DNA from: Rhina ancylostomus
Taxonomy: Eukaryota
DNA length: 64,000 nucleotides
Direction: 5' to 3'
NCBI GenBank assembly: GCA_030265395.1
Contig: JARFYF010000059.1
Location: forward strand, 12,540,563 to 12,604,562
Shown here: piece after piece, positions 1-12,320 of the stretch
Layout of the letters: the number at the start of each line of letters is the position of its first letter
How positions within the stretch are numbered: position 1 is the first letter of the stretch
The notes under the pieces: generated by a model
Databases searched by the model: none
What the model saw: only the letters and a program-made list of their open reading frames with translations
What the model was told of the DNA's origin: nothing
Made by a program: the position numbers and the translations under genes

Positions 1-2145
1 TAGCCTCAGTGCTTGTAATCACTAGGACAAAACCCTTCACAAAGGGAACAATTCAGTAACTCGCAGTGAAACAGCTTTCACAAATGGTTGGCGTTTGACC
101 TTGTTTTGGCACAAAATCTATTTAATGAAAGGCCACAGTATGACAGTGGTTGATGTGACTCCTGTCCCTGTTAGAGTGTTGAATAATTACTTGCACAGTT
201 TGCTTGTCCAGCACTAAGCATAGATTCTCGATTAATGGGTCCCATTTGTTGAAACAATTCTCAAGCCTTTGCATTGTGAATATTAAAAGTTCATTCCTCA
301 GATAATTTAGTTCTCCGTGAGCTCATTAATATTGAAAAATTTGAGAAATAGGAGCCTAACCTCCAAGAGAGGGCCATCAGAGTTTAAAGTAATGCTTATG
401 TGGATTTTTTTCCATGGTGATTGCAATTGATCTGTCAATCCTTTTGAGGCTGTACTGGAATTCTAATCACTATCAGGTGGGCTTTTGTTTTTTTATTATT
501 GGAAGCTATTCTTTGATAAACAACAGGGGCCTTCAAGCACCAGACTTGTGAATTTGACTTGTTGCAGTTAATTTGGCCCAAGAGGCGGTGAAACTGAGTG
601 AGATTGAGGCCTGTATTAATATGGTAAAATCTAGCCCACTCTCTTTAGAAACTGAGTGCCGTTGACATTTTCAGTTCAGGAAAGGCACAATATGAAGTTT
701 AAATGTCAGATACACTTGAAGATTGTCTAATCAATGTTCAGGGGTTATATCTTAATCTCTCCTTAATTAATTAGGGTACGTACAGTTCTGTGAAAATCCA
801 GAGTCCTGATTAGACCATCACTTGATTTGGGCCAGCCCCTTAAGGCCCTAGTTTACAGTTCAGGCCTGCAGGCCTCGACCTCTGGGACAACAGAGATACT
901 GAAAGCAGTCTGAGTGTGCTGGATTGGAGAAGGGAAAAATCAGTCAGGGTTAAGCTTCTGCTCTCCATTGATTCCATTCTAAAATATCCATTTGGATGGT
1001 GAGTAAAGACAGGATTGGGACTGGTCGTGAACCTCCTATGGCTGAAAAGCCACACGTGACTGAATTCCACAAGCCTGTGAAATCAGTATCCAACCCACTC
1101 CTGTTTTGTGCTCCATCGAAGTCTACATGCACACCTGGGAGGAGCAAAGCAGCAGAGAGCAAGAACTCGACCAATCTGCTTTTCCCCTTAGCCCAAAGGC
1201 TCTGAGGCCAATAGTGCTTCAACCATTGCTTTGTCTGATGCTATTGGACGAGGAATGTGCAATGATAGAACCGGCAACCATCAGGCCCATACATGACATC
1301 ACACATACCTCACTGAGTGAGGGAATAGGATGGGGGCCTTCAGATCTGTGCTGCAGATCTTTTCCAGATCAAGAAGTTGGCACAAACACAGGGAAAATAC
1401 CAGAAGGTCATAGTGTAAGAATAGTCATGGTTAAGATCACCTTAGCGAGGCAGAAAAAATTGCTAGCAAGGTCACTGTGCCCACATAAGGAGCCACTTCT
1501 TTTGTGATAAGGTCGCTGTGGAAGCTGCTGTCTTAAATTGCACTTTGTTATTCTGAAAATTGGGGGAAAGGAGGAACCATTTATCCATTTGAGTCACTCT
1601 CTGTAATTAATCAAGAGATTTTCCAGCTAGTTTGTTCATGACGGAAGTTAAGGTGAAGGTACTTGTTTCCTCAGACCTTAGATAGTGATGGGCAGCCCCA
1701 CTTTGCAACATCTCTTCCATTCTCCTCGGCCCTTTTGCTTGGCAGCAGACACTTAAATCAGCATTATTCTTTGTACCTGTCAGTGATCAGTTGTCGAACT
1801 GTCCCACCATGACTTGGTTTCCCTTTCTTTACCCTTTTTAATCAGCTTTCTCCTTTTATTGCCTTGTTCCTGTAAAGCACCTTTTGTGTTGCTGCAATAA
1901 ATTCCATCCACTGGTTAGCTGTAGTTATGGCCTTTTCCCTTTAGTCCAGGCTTTGGGAGAGAGAAAACAAAAGTTGGAGCACACAGGTACTTCAGTCCTC
2001 TGTTAACCCACTGGACATGTCAGATCAGAAAACAAGAAGTTCTGCTTATACATGTGCTTTCTTCAATAGGCCCAACAGCATAGACATACAGTTTTTTTCT
2101 TTCAGTACTTGGATGTTAAGCTCCATGTACATGATTATCTCATAT

Positions 2146-2315
2146 CATCAAGGTATCAAGGGTTATGGGGATAAGGCAGGAAATTGGGGATGATTTTTTT
2201 TCTCTCTTCTCACCTCCGCCCCCCCCCCCAGCCCTTCTCCCTCTTATTTCCATTTCCATGGAGCAGGTTCGATGGGCCGAATGGCCACCTTCTTCTCCCT
2301 TATCTTGTGATTATA
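2146..2315 (+). mobile_element. CR1-type LINE 3' tail fragment
   Basis: atcaagggttatggggataaggcagga...gatgggccgaatggccaccttct, resembling the CR1/HER1 3' end also seen elsewhere in the window. Confidence 0.6.
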
Positions 2316-4288
2316 ATTGTTTGTCATATACCAGCAGCTCAGCAGATTTGGACAGTCAAAGGCAGAGGTACAAATTCTAGGGGACAGGTCCAGAGAGCCA
2401 ACTGATTGTTATTTGCATCATCTACTAAATGTAGACTGGTAGAATGAGATTATCGACCCCCAGTGACAGACACATCAGGTCTCAGTGATATCCTGGTATG
2501 TTAGAGCACCATTTAATGAGGTTCCTGCTATCAGGTCAACACCATTCATTCTGTAAATCTGCAATTACATTGATTGACGGCTGCTGACTATGTTGTATTT
2601 CCATGGCAATATAAAGTTGGTGACAGGAAAGGCTTCAACTTGATCTGAATGCCCTTTAGATCACAGGGCCATTCACATCAAAGGGACTTTGTTGTTGGAA
2701 GATGCTGCTGAACTGAGATGCTTCCTACTCTAAATCAAGACACGAACTTCAAAGCCCATTAGCTGCAGGGAGGAATTCATCCATAGAATCAGTGCTTGGA
2801 CCAGTTTTATGCTTCAGCATCATCAGTGGCAAGAGACCTCCCTATTCTCCCACAGGAGACAGATACCCATCCTTGATGTGAAACACCCCTGCTTCTCTTT
2901 AGACAGTGGAAGACCTGTACACCCTCCTTTGCCAGACCCATACATCCTCCCAGTATCTCAACTTCTCATTCTGTGATTTTAGCAGCATCACCTTCCATAG
3001 TAAAAGCAAATACAAAATATTTATTCAGTGCNNNNNNNNNNNNNNNNNNNNNNNNNNNNNNNNNNNNNNNNNNNNNNNNNNNNNNNNNNNNNNNNNACAG
3101 AAACAGGCCCTTCAGCCCATGACTTCTGCAACAAACATGATGACAAATTAAACTAAATCTCTTCTGCCTGCACGTGTTCCTTATTCCTTCATTCCTTGAA
3201 TATTCGTGTCTCTCTCTTAAATGCCACAATTGTATCTGCAACCTTTTAAAAGCCACTATCATATACACACTATTTACTGTGCTTACAGGAGAATGCAACC
3301 AAATTTAAAGGCCATCTGTTTAATTACTGTTATACACCGTTTGAGGTGCACCTTCATCCAAACTGGTCTTTCTCAAATTAGGTATTTTTACCTAAACCTT
3401 ATGGGACAAAGATCAATGTTCCCTAAATGTTGCTTAACAGACCCTTGCTCTACTTAATCTATCTCATTCTCCAGAACTAGATCTAGTAATGTCTCCTTCC
3501 TCATTGCATTGGAAAGAAAGTTCTGAACATGTTTCAAAAGTATTTCCTCCTCTTTGTCCTTTATCCTATTACTGCCTGAGTGTATCTTGGGACTATTGAA
3601 GTTCCCCAGTATCATGACTCTTTAGTTCTTGCACTTCTCAATGATGCAACTTACTCCTCTATATCCTACCAGTACTTGGTAGTCGATAGAATACACTATA
3701 TAGTGTAATGGAACATCGAATATTTCGTAGCTCAGAGCAATTAAATTCTGTAAGTCTCTCAAAACATCCTCTGTTGCACTGTTATATTCCCCTTGAAGTT
3801 GCTGCACTTTCGCCTTTCTTTCATTCCCCTTTCCTGAGCACTTTGTATCCAGGAATATGTAGTATCCAGTGCTGCTCTTTATTGAGCCAGGTCTCTGTTA
3901 ACACCACATCATACAAATCCCACGTGCCTGTTTGCATCTGCTGCTCAGATCTTATTTACTACTTGTGCACTAATGCAGGGAAATTGTAAAGCTACCCAGG
4001 GTCGTGCGCTTTCTTGGTCTAATTCCATCTAATACTATTATTTCTTGGTCTAATTTTGTCTGTCTCTTCCAGTCCTTTCTGTAACTTGCTTTTTTTTAAT
4101 GCAACATCCTGGTGCCCTACTTTCTGCCAAGAACCTTCTCCCAGAATAAAAATGAAGCATAACTTTAGAAATGGTGGTTTTTAGTACCAAAAAAAACCAC
4201 TGAAGTTTAGCTCACAACTCTTCAGAAAATGTTAGAGATTGAATAACAAGGATTTGACTGCTAGGGTTCCATTCAGGTTTCAGTTTAA

Positions 4289-4363
4289 TCATATTTGATT
4301 TGGGAATCTGGATGTTGCTAACAAGGGCAGCATTTATTGCCTAACGCCAATCATTCCTTCAGA
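4289..4363 (-). mobile_element. 3' tail of an old CR1/L2-clade LINE (continues at ~5629)
   Basis: ggcagcatttattgcc; its reverse complement resembles the tail at 17395-17415 (gagcaataaatgctgg) and 20555-20575. Confidence 0.6.
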
Positions 4364-4373
4364 AATTCCTTCA

Positions 4374-4617
4374 GGGCGGCACGGTAGCGTAGTGGTTAGT
4401 GTAACGCTATTACATCACCAGCGACCCAGGTTCGTTTCCCGCCGCTGTCTGTAAGGAGTTTGTACATTCTCCCATGTCTGCGTGGGCTTCCTCCGGGTGC
4501 TCTGGTTTCCTCCCACATTCCAAAGACGTACGGGTAGGTTAATTTGGGGTTTAAAATGGGCGGCGCAGTCTCTTTGGGCTGGAAGGGTCTGTTACCACGC
4601 TGTAAATAAAATTTTTT
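4374..4617 (+). mobile_element. tRNA-derived V-SINE (HE1-like), young copy
   Basis: Pol III A-box-like tagcgtagtgg (4385-4395), B-box-like ggttcgtttccc (4429-4440), V-domain gggcttcctccgggtgctctggtttcctcccacattccaaagac, and CR1-like tail gggctggaagggtctgttaccacgctgtaaataaa. CpGs largely retained. Confidence 0.85.
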
Positions 4618-5014
4618 AAGAAGTGACAATAATAAACCAATACCAATACAGGGTAGTTGCAGGTGGAAGAGAATATTTTATTTATGGAGATAAAATATAT
4701 AGTGTGGTTGCATGGACAGTATAGTTAATGACAACAGGTTGAGTTAAACCAGTGCTTATAGGCAGGGTGCCAGTAGGTAGCACTAACAGGTCAGGTACAA
4801 GTACAGATGGGAGAATGTGTGTACAGTGTAAGTACATGCAAGAGGATGGGTGTAAATCCAGTAATTGGAGGGTTGTTACAGTGCAGGTACAGATGGGAGT
4901 GGTAGTGTATAGTGCAAGAACAGACAAAAGCATGGGTGTACAGCAAAGAACATGAAGGACAACAGGTTACTGTATAAGTAACTGTCCTGGACATTAGGCA
5001 GCATTTAGTTGAAT

Positions 5015-5312
5015 ATGGCATCAAGGAGCTCGTGCTAAACAGCAGTCAATGGGAATCAAGGAAATCCTCCGCTGGTTGGAATCATAACTAGCACAAAGAA
5101 AGATGATTGGTGGTCAGTCATCTCAGCCACAGGACATCGCTTCAGGTTAGTCTCCTGGGACAGCTATCTTAAGCTGCTTTATCAATCACCTCCCTTTAGT
5201 CGTAAGGTCAGAAGTAGAGATGTTTGCTGATAATTGCCTAATGTTCAGCACCATTCACGACTCCCCAGATATTGAAGCAGTCCACTACCAAATGCAGCAA
5301 GACCTGGACAAT
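5015..5312 (+). mobile_element. CR1/L2-clade LINE reverse transcriptase fragment
   Basis: ORF MFADNCLMFSTIHDSPDIEAVHYQMQQDLDN contains a decayed (Y/F)ADD RT motif. Confidence 0.75.
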
Positions 5313-5430
5313 GTCTTATGTCCAGACCTGTCTTATGAGGATAGGTTGAGTGGGCTAGGGCTTTTCTCTTTGGAGAGAAGGAGGATGAGAGGTGACTTGA
5401 TAGAGGTGTACAAGATGATAAGAGGCATAG
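5313..5430 (+). mobile_element. CR1 (HER1-like) LINE ORF2 C-terminal fragment running into a gap
   Basis: LSYEDRLSGLGLFSLERRRMRGDLIEVYKMIRGI is the classic CR1 ORF2 C-terminus. Confidence 0.85.
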
Positions 5431-5530
5431 NNNNNNNNNNNNNNNNNNNNNNNNNNNNNNNNNNNNNNNNNNNNNNNNNNNNNNNNNNNNNNNNNNNNNN
5501 NNNNNNNNNNNNNNNNNNNNNNNNNNNNNN

Positions 5531-5625
5531 ATTTGGGGTTTAAAATGGGCGGCGCGGACTCATTGGGCCAGAAGGGCCTGTTACCACGCTGTAAATAAAA
5601 TTTTAAATTTAAAAAAAATTTAAAA
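5531..5625 (+). mobile_element. 3' end of a V-SINE, near-identical to 4542-4617
   Basis: atttggggtttaaaatgggcggcgc...gttaccacgctgtaaataaaatttt is repeated immediately after a 100-N gap. Confidence 0.85.
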
Positions 5626-5628
5626 TTG

Positions 5629-5972
5629 AGGTGAACCACCATATTTAATTGTTGCAGTCCTTCTGATGAAGGTACTCCCTGTGCTGTTGGGTAGGGTGTT
5701 CCAGGATTTAGACCCAGCAACAATTAAGGACCAGCAAATATCTTTCCAAATCAGGATAGTGTGTGACTTGGAGGGGAATCTGCCGTTGGTGGTGTTCCCA
5801 TGCACCTGCTGCCCTTGATCTTCTTGGTGATAGAGGACTTCGGAGTGGCCTGGTCAGGTAACTGGTGTATCTCTAGATGGTGGTGGAGGGGCTGAATGTT
5901 GAGGTTGGGGGAGACAGTCAGTTTGTTCTGGATGGTGTCAAGCTTCTTGTGAATTGCTGCCACTGCATTCAT
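5629..5972 (-). mobile_element. Old CR1/L2-clade LINE 3' region
   Basis: Minus ORF HGNTTNGRFPSKSHTILIWKDI...VAGSKSWNTLPNS; same family as 17000-17420 (+) and 62120-62330 (+). Confidence 0.75.
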
Positions 5973-5974
5973 GA

Positions 5975-7083
5975 GGCATGTGGAGAATATTCAGCTTTAC
6001 AAAACACTGGTTAGGTCACACTTGGGATATTGTGTGCAGTCCTGGTCGCCACACCATAGAAATGATATACTGGAGAGAGTGCAGAGGAGACTTACTAGAA
6101 TGTTGCCTGGACTGGAGGACTTGAGTTATGGGGAGAGAATGGATAATCTGGACCTGGTTTCCCTGGAAGGAAGGAGGCTAAGGGATGACCTGAGAAAAGT
6201 ATATAAGACAATGAGAGGCATAGATAGACTGGATAGTCTTAATCTTTTACCATTGGTATGAATATCAAAACAATGTTCAGTTCTGGTTGCCTCATTGTAG
6301 AAAGGATGTGGAAGCTTTAGAGAGAATGCAGAGGATATTTACCAGGATGCTGCCTGGATTGGAGAGTGTGTCTTATGAGGATAGGCTGAGTGAGCTAGGG
6401 CCTTTCTCTTTGGCAAGGAGGAGGATGAGAGGTGACNNNNNNNNNNNNNNNNNNNNNNNNNNNNNNNNNNNNNNNNNNNNNNNNNNNNNNNNNNNNNNNN
6501 NNNNNNNNNNNNNNNNNNNNNNNNNNNNNNNNNNNNNNNNNNNNNNNNNNNNNNNNNNNNNNNNNNNNNNNNNNNNNNNNNNNNNNNNNNNNNNNNNNNN
6601 NNNNNNNNNNNNNNNNNNNNNNNNNNNNNNNNNNNNNNNNNNNNNNNNNNNNNNNNNNNNNNNNNNNNNNNNNNNNNNNNNNNNNNNNNNNNNNNNNNNN
6701 NNNNNNNNNNNNNNNNNNNNNNNNNNNNNNNNNNNNNNNNNNNNNNNNNNNNNNNNNNNNNNNNNACAACATTGTTGGCCGAAGGGCCTGTACTGTGCTG
6801 TTATGTTATAAGAGGGCATAGATGTACGGTGAGAGGTAGGAGTTTTAAAGGGCCTTTTTTGCACAGAGAATGGTTGATTCTGGAACGCACTAGCAGAGGA
6901 GGTGGTGAAATCAGATAGAATCATTACATTAAGGAGGCATTTAGACTGGCACTTAAATAATCAAGGCATGGAGAATACTTTCCTAATGTGGGCAATGGGA
7001 TCAATGTAGATGCGTAAAAAGGTCAGCATGAATGTGTTAGGCTGAAGATCCTGTTTCTGTGCTCTACAAATCAATGACTCTAT
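5975..7083 (+). mobile_element. Older CR1 LINE 3' part with a younger CR1 nested at ~6272-6810
   Basis: LYKTLVRSHLGYCVQSWSPH..LERVQRRLTRMLPGL..SY.ER..LEGRRLRDDL. A second copy of the same motif (6287-6436) ends with its own tail gaagggcctgtactgtgctgt at ~6805; the outer element resumes at aagagggcatag. Confidence 0.85.
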
Positions 7084-7084
7084 T

Positions 7085-8230
7085 CCATCACAGTCCAGAA
7101 TTGAACTTGTTGCAAAGGCCAGGAGGTGAATTGTTCTGCAGAGCACCCAATGTCTGACTTGCTTTTGTAGCCATGATATTTATCTGAATGGACTAATTGA
7201 GTTTCTGGTCAATAGTAAGTCACAAGGTATTGATGGTGGGGTCTCTGTGATGATAACACCGCTAAATGCCAAGGGTGGTTGTTAGACTCTGTCTTGTTGG
7301 AGATGGTTATTACTTGCCACCTTAAAGTACGTATGTTATTTACTGCTTATCAGTTCATCCTTAATCACTGTCTAGGTCTTGCCGCATGCAGGTATGGGCT
7401 GCTTCATTTGTTAAGGATTTGTAAATGGAATTGAACATAAGCAACCATCAGCAAACTTCCCCTGTTCTGGAAGAGAAGATCATTAATGAAATAGTTGAAG
7501 TTGGTTGGGTCTAGGACAGTACCCTGAGGAACTTGTGCAATGATGTGCTGGAATGATTGACCTCTGACAACCATAACCATCTTCCTTTGTGTGGGGTATG
7601 ACTTGAACCACTGGAGTGTTTTCTCCTCGATGCACATTGACATGCTTGGACCAAAGTTGCAGTGAGGTCTCGATCCAAGTAATCTTGGCAAAACCTAAAT
7701 TAGGCATCGATGAAAAGGCTATTTGTGAGGAACGGTGGTTGGTACCACTGTCAATAACATCTTCTATCACTTTGCTGCTGATCGAGAGTAGATGCCAATG
7801 TTGTAACGGGACTGGAACAACTTGGCTAGAGGCATATCTAGTCCACAACAGCAGGTATTCAGCATTACAGCTGGGATGTTGTGTGGTGCTATAGCCTTTG
7901 CTGTATCCATTGCTTCTTGCTATTTCTTGATATCACTTGGAGTGAATTTAATCAGATGAAACTGGATTCTGTGATGGGGGGAACCTCAGGAGGAAGCTGA
8001 GATAGAATATCTGTTTGGTACATCTGGCTGATTGTCATCGTGAATGTTTCTGCAATTTATTTTACACTCACGTGCTGGCCTGACCATCATTTCAGATGAG
8101 GATGTTTGTGGAGCTCTATCCTCCCATTAGTTCTTTCAATGTACACCACTATTTATGACAGATGTGGCAGGACTGCAGAGCTTCAGTTGGATCCATTGGT
8201 TGAGGTCACCTCGTTCTGTCGATTGCTGCT
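7085..8230 (-). mobile_element. Decayed CR1/L2-clade LINE RT region
   Basis: Minus-strand fragments LQWFKSYPTQRKMVMVVRGQ...VPQGTVLDPTNFNYFINDL (GVPQGS motif) and LLSISSKVIEDVI. Confidence 0.8.
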
Positions 8231-10599
8231 GGTTTGGTTGTGTAATGGATGAATGACTTGTTCATAGTGCGCACATTTGAATGGTGCAAAGTACCCATTT
8301 ATACCCAGTTATAAATTTGAAGCTTCATCGGACAGAAATGTTNNNNNNNNNNNNNNNNNNNNNNNNNNNNNNNNNNNNNNNNNNNNNNNNNNNNNNNNNN
8401 NNNNNNNNNNNNCAAAAGTACACTGAACTCTCCAGCCATACTTGAACGTTGTCCCTGCCCTAACCTGCCAAACTTGGGTTATGTTTGGAGAGAGCAGATT
8501 CAATGGAACAAAATAAGTCACATCTGTCACTCATAAAAAACACATTGATATAACACTGGAGGACACAGATTTATCACTGTTAGAACAGTAATGGTGGGTA
8601 TCAGTTAAACAGTATGACACTGGGGCTGAGTATTATCAGTACAGGTTTGTCACTGTGGCACTCGGGTAATTTACTGATGAGAGCTTGTCTGTCACTTTAT
8701 AATACTTGGATAAAGAAGCAGTGTGAAGGACCTTGTATCTATAAAGTTAAATTAATTGGCTGAAGCTTGACCTTTCTTGTCTCTTGGGTCTTGTTAACCA
8801 GTAAAGTGAATGAGGTATTTTTATATTTGAGGCAATGCTGTTTACAAAAGATTTTGGACTTCCTCGGGGGAGAAAAATCTTTAATATTTGCAACTTGACT
8901 TCAGAACACAGACGTTTCCTGGCCAGTGAGCTGACATCTGGCCTCTGGTTAACCTAAGATCACAGAGGTTGAAGTCCACTCTTTTACTTCCAGGGGCTCA
9001 TGCATCCCTGGCCTGGACTCATAAGAAGTAGGCAGCTTGAAGGAAAGTTCTCTGTTAGCGTGGCTCATGGAGAGAAGGGTGTAGGGGTGGAAGTGGGTGG
9101 TTTAGACACTGTGGACCACTTTTTTAATGTAAGAGTTGCTACAGTGCACTAAAGGTAGACTAAAGGATGGAATGACTAATTCTTTCTTGTGTGAATGCTT
9201 CCCACAACTACTGGTGATGGAATTTGTCTCTTCTTCCCTGCCATGATTTACTCGAGTCCCACTGGGACTCCCTTGTCATTCTGAAGCTGTCATCCGATGT
9301 GGAGCAGAGATCGCGGGTGACCTTGTGACAGACCTCGCTGTTTATGCTACGATGCTCAATGAATTGTAAATGGGAAGCTATCGTCTTGGCGGCCCAAATA
9401 TCTCTGGCTGCCTGTCAACCTGTCAGCTTGCTTTCGCTTCCCTGCAATTATGAATGTCGCAGGGCAGGTGGGGAGCAACTTTTTATGCTCTGTAGAATCA
9501 AATGCGCAAGAATCGAGCGGCTAAGTTCCTCCGCGCTTTATGCATGCAAGAGATGTGTGGAGATATTCGCAGCCTGTGTTCTACCTCACTTCCCTTCTTC
9601 CCTTCCCACCTTTCCCTCCCATATATCCTCCAGCCAGCCTCTGCTACAGAGTCACATGTTTTGAATCATCTGGTGCACAGGAAACCATATGCCGCAAATG
9701 TGAGATTAGTTTTAATGAGCCAGACGAGTCCCGGACCCTGAACAGTGCAGACTAACTGAACTCTAAAGATATGTTAGGCATTAGGACTGTCTGTATCCGG
9801 AGGCCATTGATTTGAGCAGCAAAAAGGGAAAAATTGCAGACAGTTTCAATTTAACTGCACAGAGGGCTGGATCTTAACATGGTGTGACAGTGTAAAGCAG
9901 GTGACAACAAGTCAGGAGCTGGATGCTTTTTGACAACAGAAGTGGATGAGGGATTAGGCAGAAATATCTAGGCCAATTCTCTTTCTTGGCTACAAAGCGT
10001 GTGATGTGAAGCTTCAAAACCATATATTAAATTAAAATCCCTGTCCACATGTCATTTTTGTTTCTTTCAAGCTGCTAATATTAACTGATCTAACTGATCT
10101 AATGTGGGATAAGATGACAGCACTCAAAACAGCTTTCCCCCAGTCCTTTATCCGTGTATCAGTTCCAAAGTATGCTCTCAGAGAGCTGCCTTCTCATTGC
10201 CCCTTTCAAGGAAAAAGTTAATCAAATACATGAAATGGAAAAAGAAAGATACTGGGCTGTGGGAAGAGACCAGGGAAATAGAATTTAGGGCAAGCCATTC
10301 GTTCACGCAATTTTAAAAAAAATCTGTAGATGAAAATCAGGTTAATCTGGAGCAGAGCAATTCTTTGTTGATTTCTGTGCGCCTAAGTGCCTGTCAGGAA
10401 ATTTGCTTCCTTAATTTTCAGTGGTATTTTCACTCCCCCAGCTTATTTTTTCTGGTGTTATATTTTTTTAAATGATGTCAAAAGAGCATATTCAGCAGCA
10501 ATGAGAATTTCAACTTGACTAAAAAAAGACAATATTTTTTATTAACTCCAAGAACAGCCAGCTTCTACCTGTTTCCTTAAAAACTTAAAGGGCCAGCTT

Positions 10600-11100
10600 C
10601 CAATCAGAATTCCTTGTCTTTGCTGAGCACTCTGACTTCCTCCGATCTCAGATTTAACTTCATTTGTGCTCTGACGTCTGTGCCTGTGGANNNNNNNNNN
10701 GTCGTGGTCACAATCACTCTCAGCTTACTTGTGTCAGGGTCATTCAGGCTGCTGCAGATCTCTGCCACATCTCCCAGTTTGCTGCTCACTGCTGCTTCAG
10801 CCTACACCCACAGGTAAGCAGGCTTCATCAGTGCAGGCATTCATTGGACCGCACTCTTGTTCCACCCTTGTAACTTCTGCCAGGAGTGCCTGGCTCTGAT
10901 GCTGGATGCTGTCCATACCCCCTTTACACAAGGGACATGTCTTTTTGAGGCACCGTTTATCACCACCCAATCTGACCCATAGGGGGCACTCTCTTGCCCC
11001 TTCCCTCATTGTACTTACCATTCATTCATTGACACACTGCGCCGTAGATAAAATTATGATCTGTCTAGAAATATCGCACCTGCTGTGTTACATTGTAACA
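10600..11100 (+). mobile_element. PIF/Harbinger transposase fossil (heavily deleted)
   Basis: Across a frameshift: VTITLSLLVSGSF / QAAADLCHISQFAAHCC, like the Harbinger/HARBI1 ALNFFASGSFQ..DICxISQ.xHCCI segment. A DCTH-like DRTLV lies near 10846 and a CCxLH-like acctgctgtgttacat near 11080. DNA is similar to the reverse complement of 27055-27100. Confidence 0.65.
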
Positions 11101-11740
11101 ACTGCAAGAATTTGCAACACTTCAGCAGGGGATGCCAAGCTAAAATCAACAATGTCAGTCTCAGTGTAGTATCACACAGGGAACTCTGACAATACTGATC
11201 TGTGAACCTCATCTGACATTCTTGCTTTTAGGTGAATTTCACTTGCAGCGTGAGAATGGCCCACCGTGCCGTTTCAAATAGTGTCTTAACAGTTTCTAGG
11301 ACTTCAGTTGAATCACTCTGACAGGCAGCACAGACAGGTTGCAGAATGGTACTCTGCACTGTAAACCTCTGGTTCTATAGCTGCTGAAGTTCAAAAGTGT
11401 CGTGTGCTCTGTGTGTGCGTAACACAAGCAACCTAGCCTGCCCAGCAGGAATGTGGCAGCTTTTGGATCATGCACCTGATTTAGAATTTGCCCAAATTTT
11501 CAAATCCGTTGGAGTCAAGTAGATTAAAAGAAAATTGGGTTGGTATCCTCAGATCATACTTACACTCACACACAATCAAATTTATTATCTTACCCCTTCT
11601 GCTTTTCCTGCTTTCCATGTAGTTTCCCGCACTACATACTGATTGACCAGTTTTCTTACAGGCTGCTAATAGCTACTTGTAATTGCTTTGCACTTTTAAC
11701 ATTGTGAAGCACCCATCGCTTTAACTTCCTGAATCTCATA

Positions 11741-12320
11741 GGACCTGTCCTGGGCCCAACACGTTGATGCAATCATGAAGAAGGCACGCCAGCGGCTCTA
11801 CTTCATTAGGAGTTTGAGGAGATTTGGTACGTCACCAAAGACTTGCAAGTTTCTGTAGATGTACGGTGGAGAGCATTCTGACTGGTTGCATCACCACCTG
11901 GTATGGAGGCCCCAATGCTCAGGATCTCAAGACGCTCCAGAGGGTTGTAGGCTTAGCCAGCTCGATCACAAGCACAACCCTCCCCACCATCGAGGACATC
12001 TTCAAGAGACGGTGCCTCAAGAAGGCGGCACCCATCACTAAGGGCCCTCACCACCCGCCACGTGCCCTCTTCTCATTACTACCATCAGGGAGGAGGTACA
12101 GGAGCCTGAAGACCCACACTCAACAATTCAGAAACAGCTTCTTCAGATTTCTGTACAGTCCATGAACCCATAAACACTACCTCATTACTCCTTTTTTTTG
12201 CACTATTTATTTATTTTGTAATTTATAGTAATTTTATGTCTTTGTACTGTACTGCTGCTGAAAAACAACAGATTTCGTATCATAAGACAGTGATAATAAA
12301 TCTGATTTGATTCTGATGCT
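11741..12320 (+). mobile_element. 5'-truncated Rex1/Babar LINE 3' end with target-site duplication
   Basis: KKARQRLYFIRSLRRFG / FCRCTVESILTGCITTWYG..LQRVV..LFSLLPSGRRYRSLKTHT..FRNSFF; tail aataaatctgatttgattctgat. tcataggacc occurs at 11736-11745 and 12321-12330. Confidence 0.9.

Noticed and set aside
1106-1507. 133-aa ORF near the window start
   Set aside because: No recognisable domain, splice context or coding bias; likely chance.
4374-4445. tRNA-like sequence with A and B boxes
   Set aside because: It runs straight into a V-SINE body and LINE-derived tail; a SINE head, not a tRNA gene.
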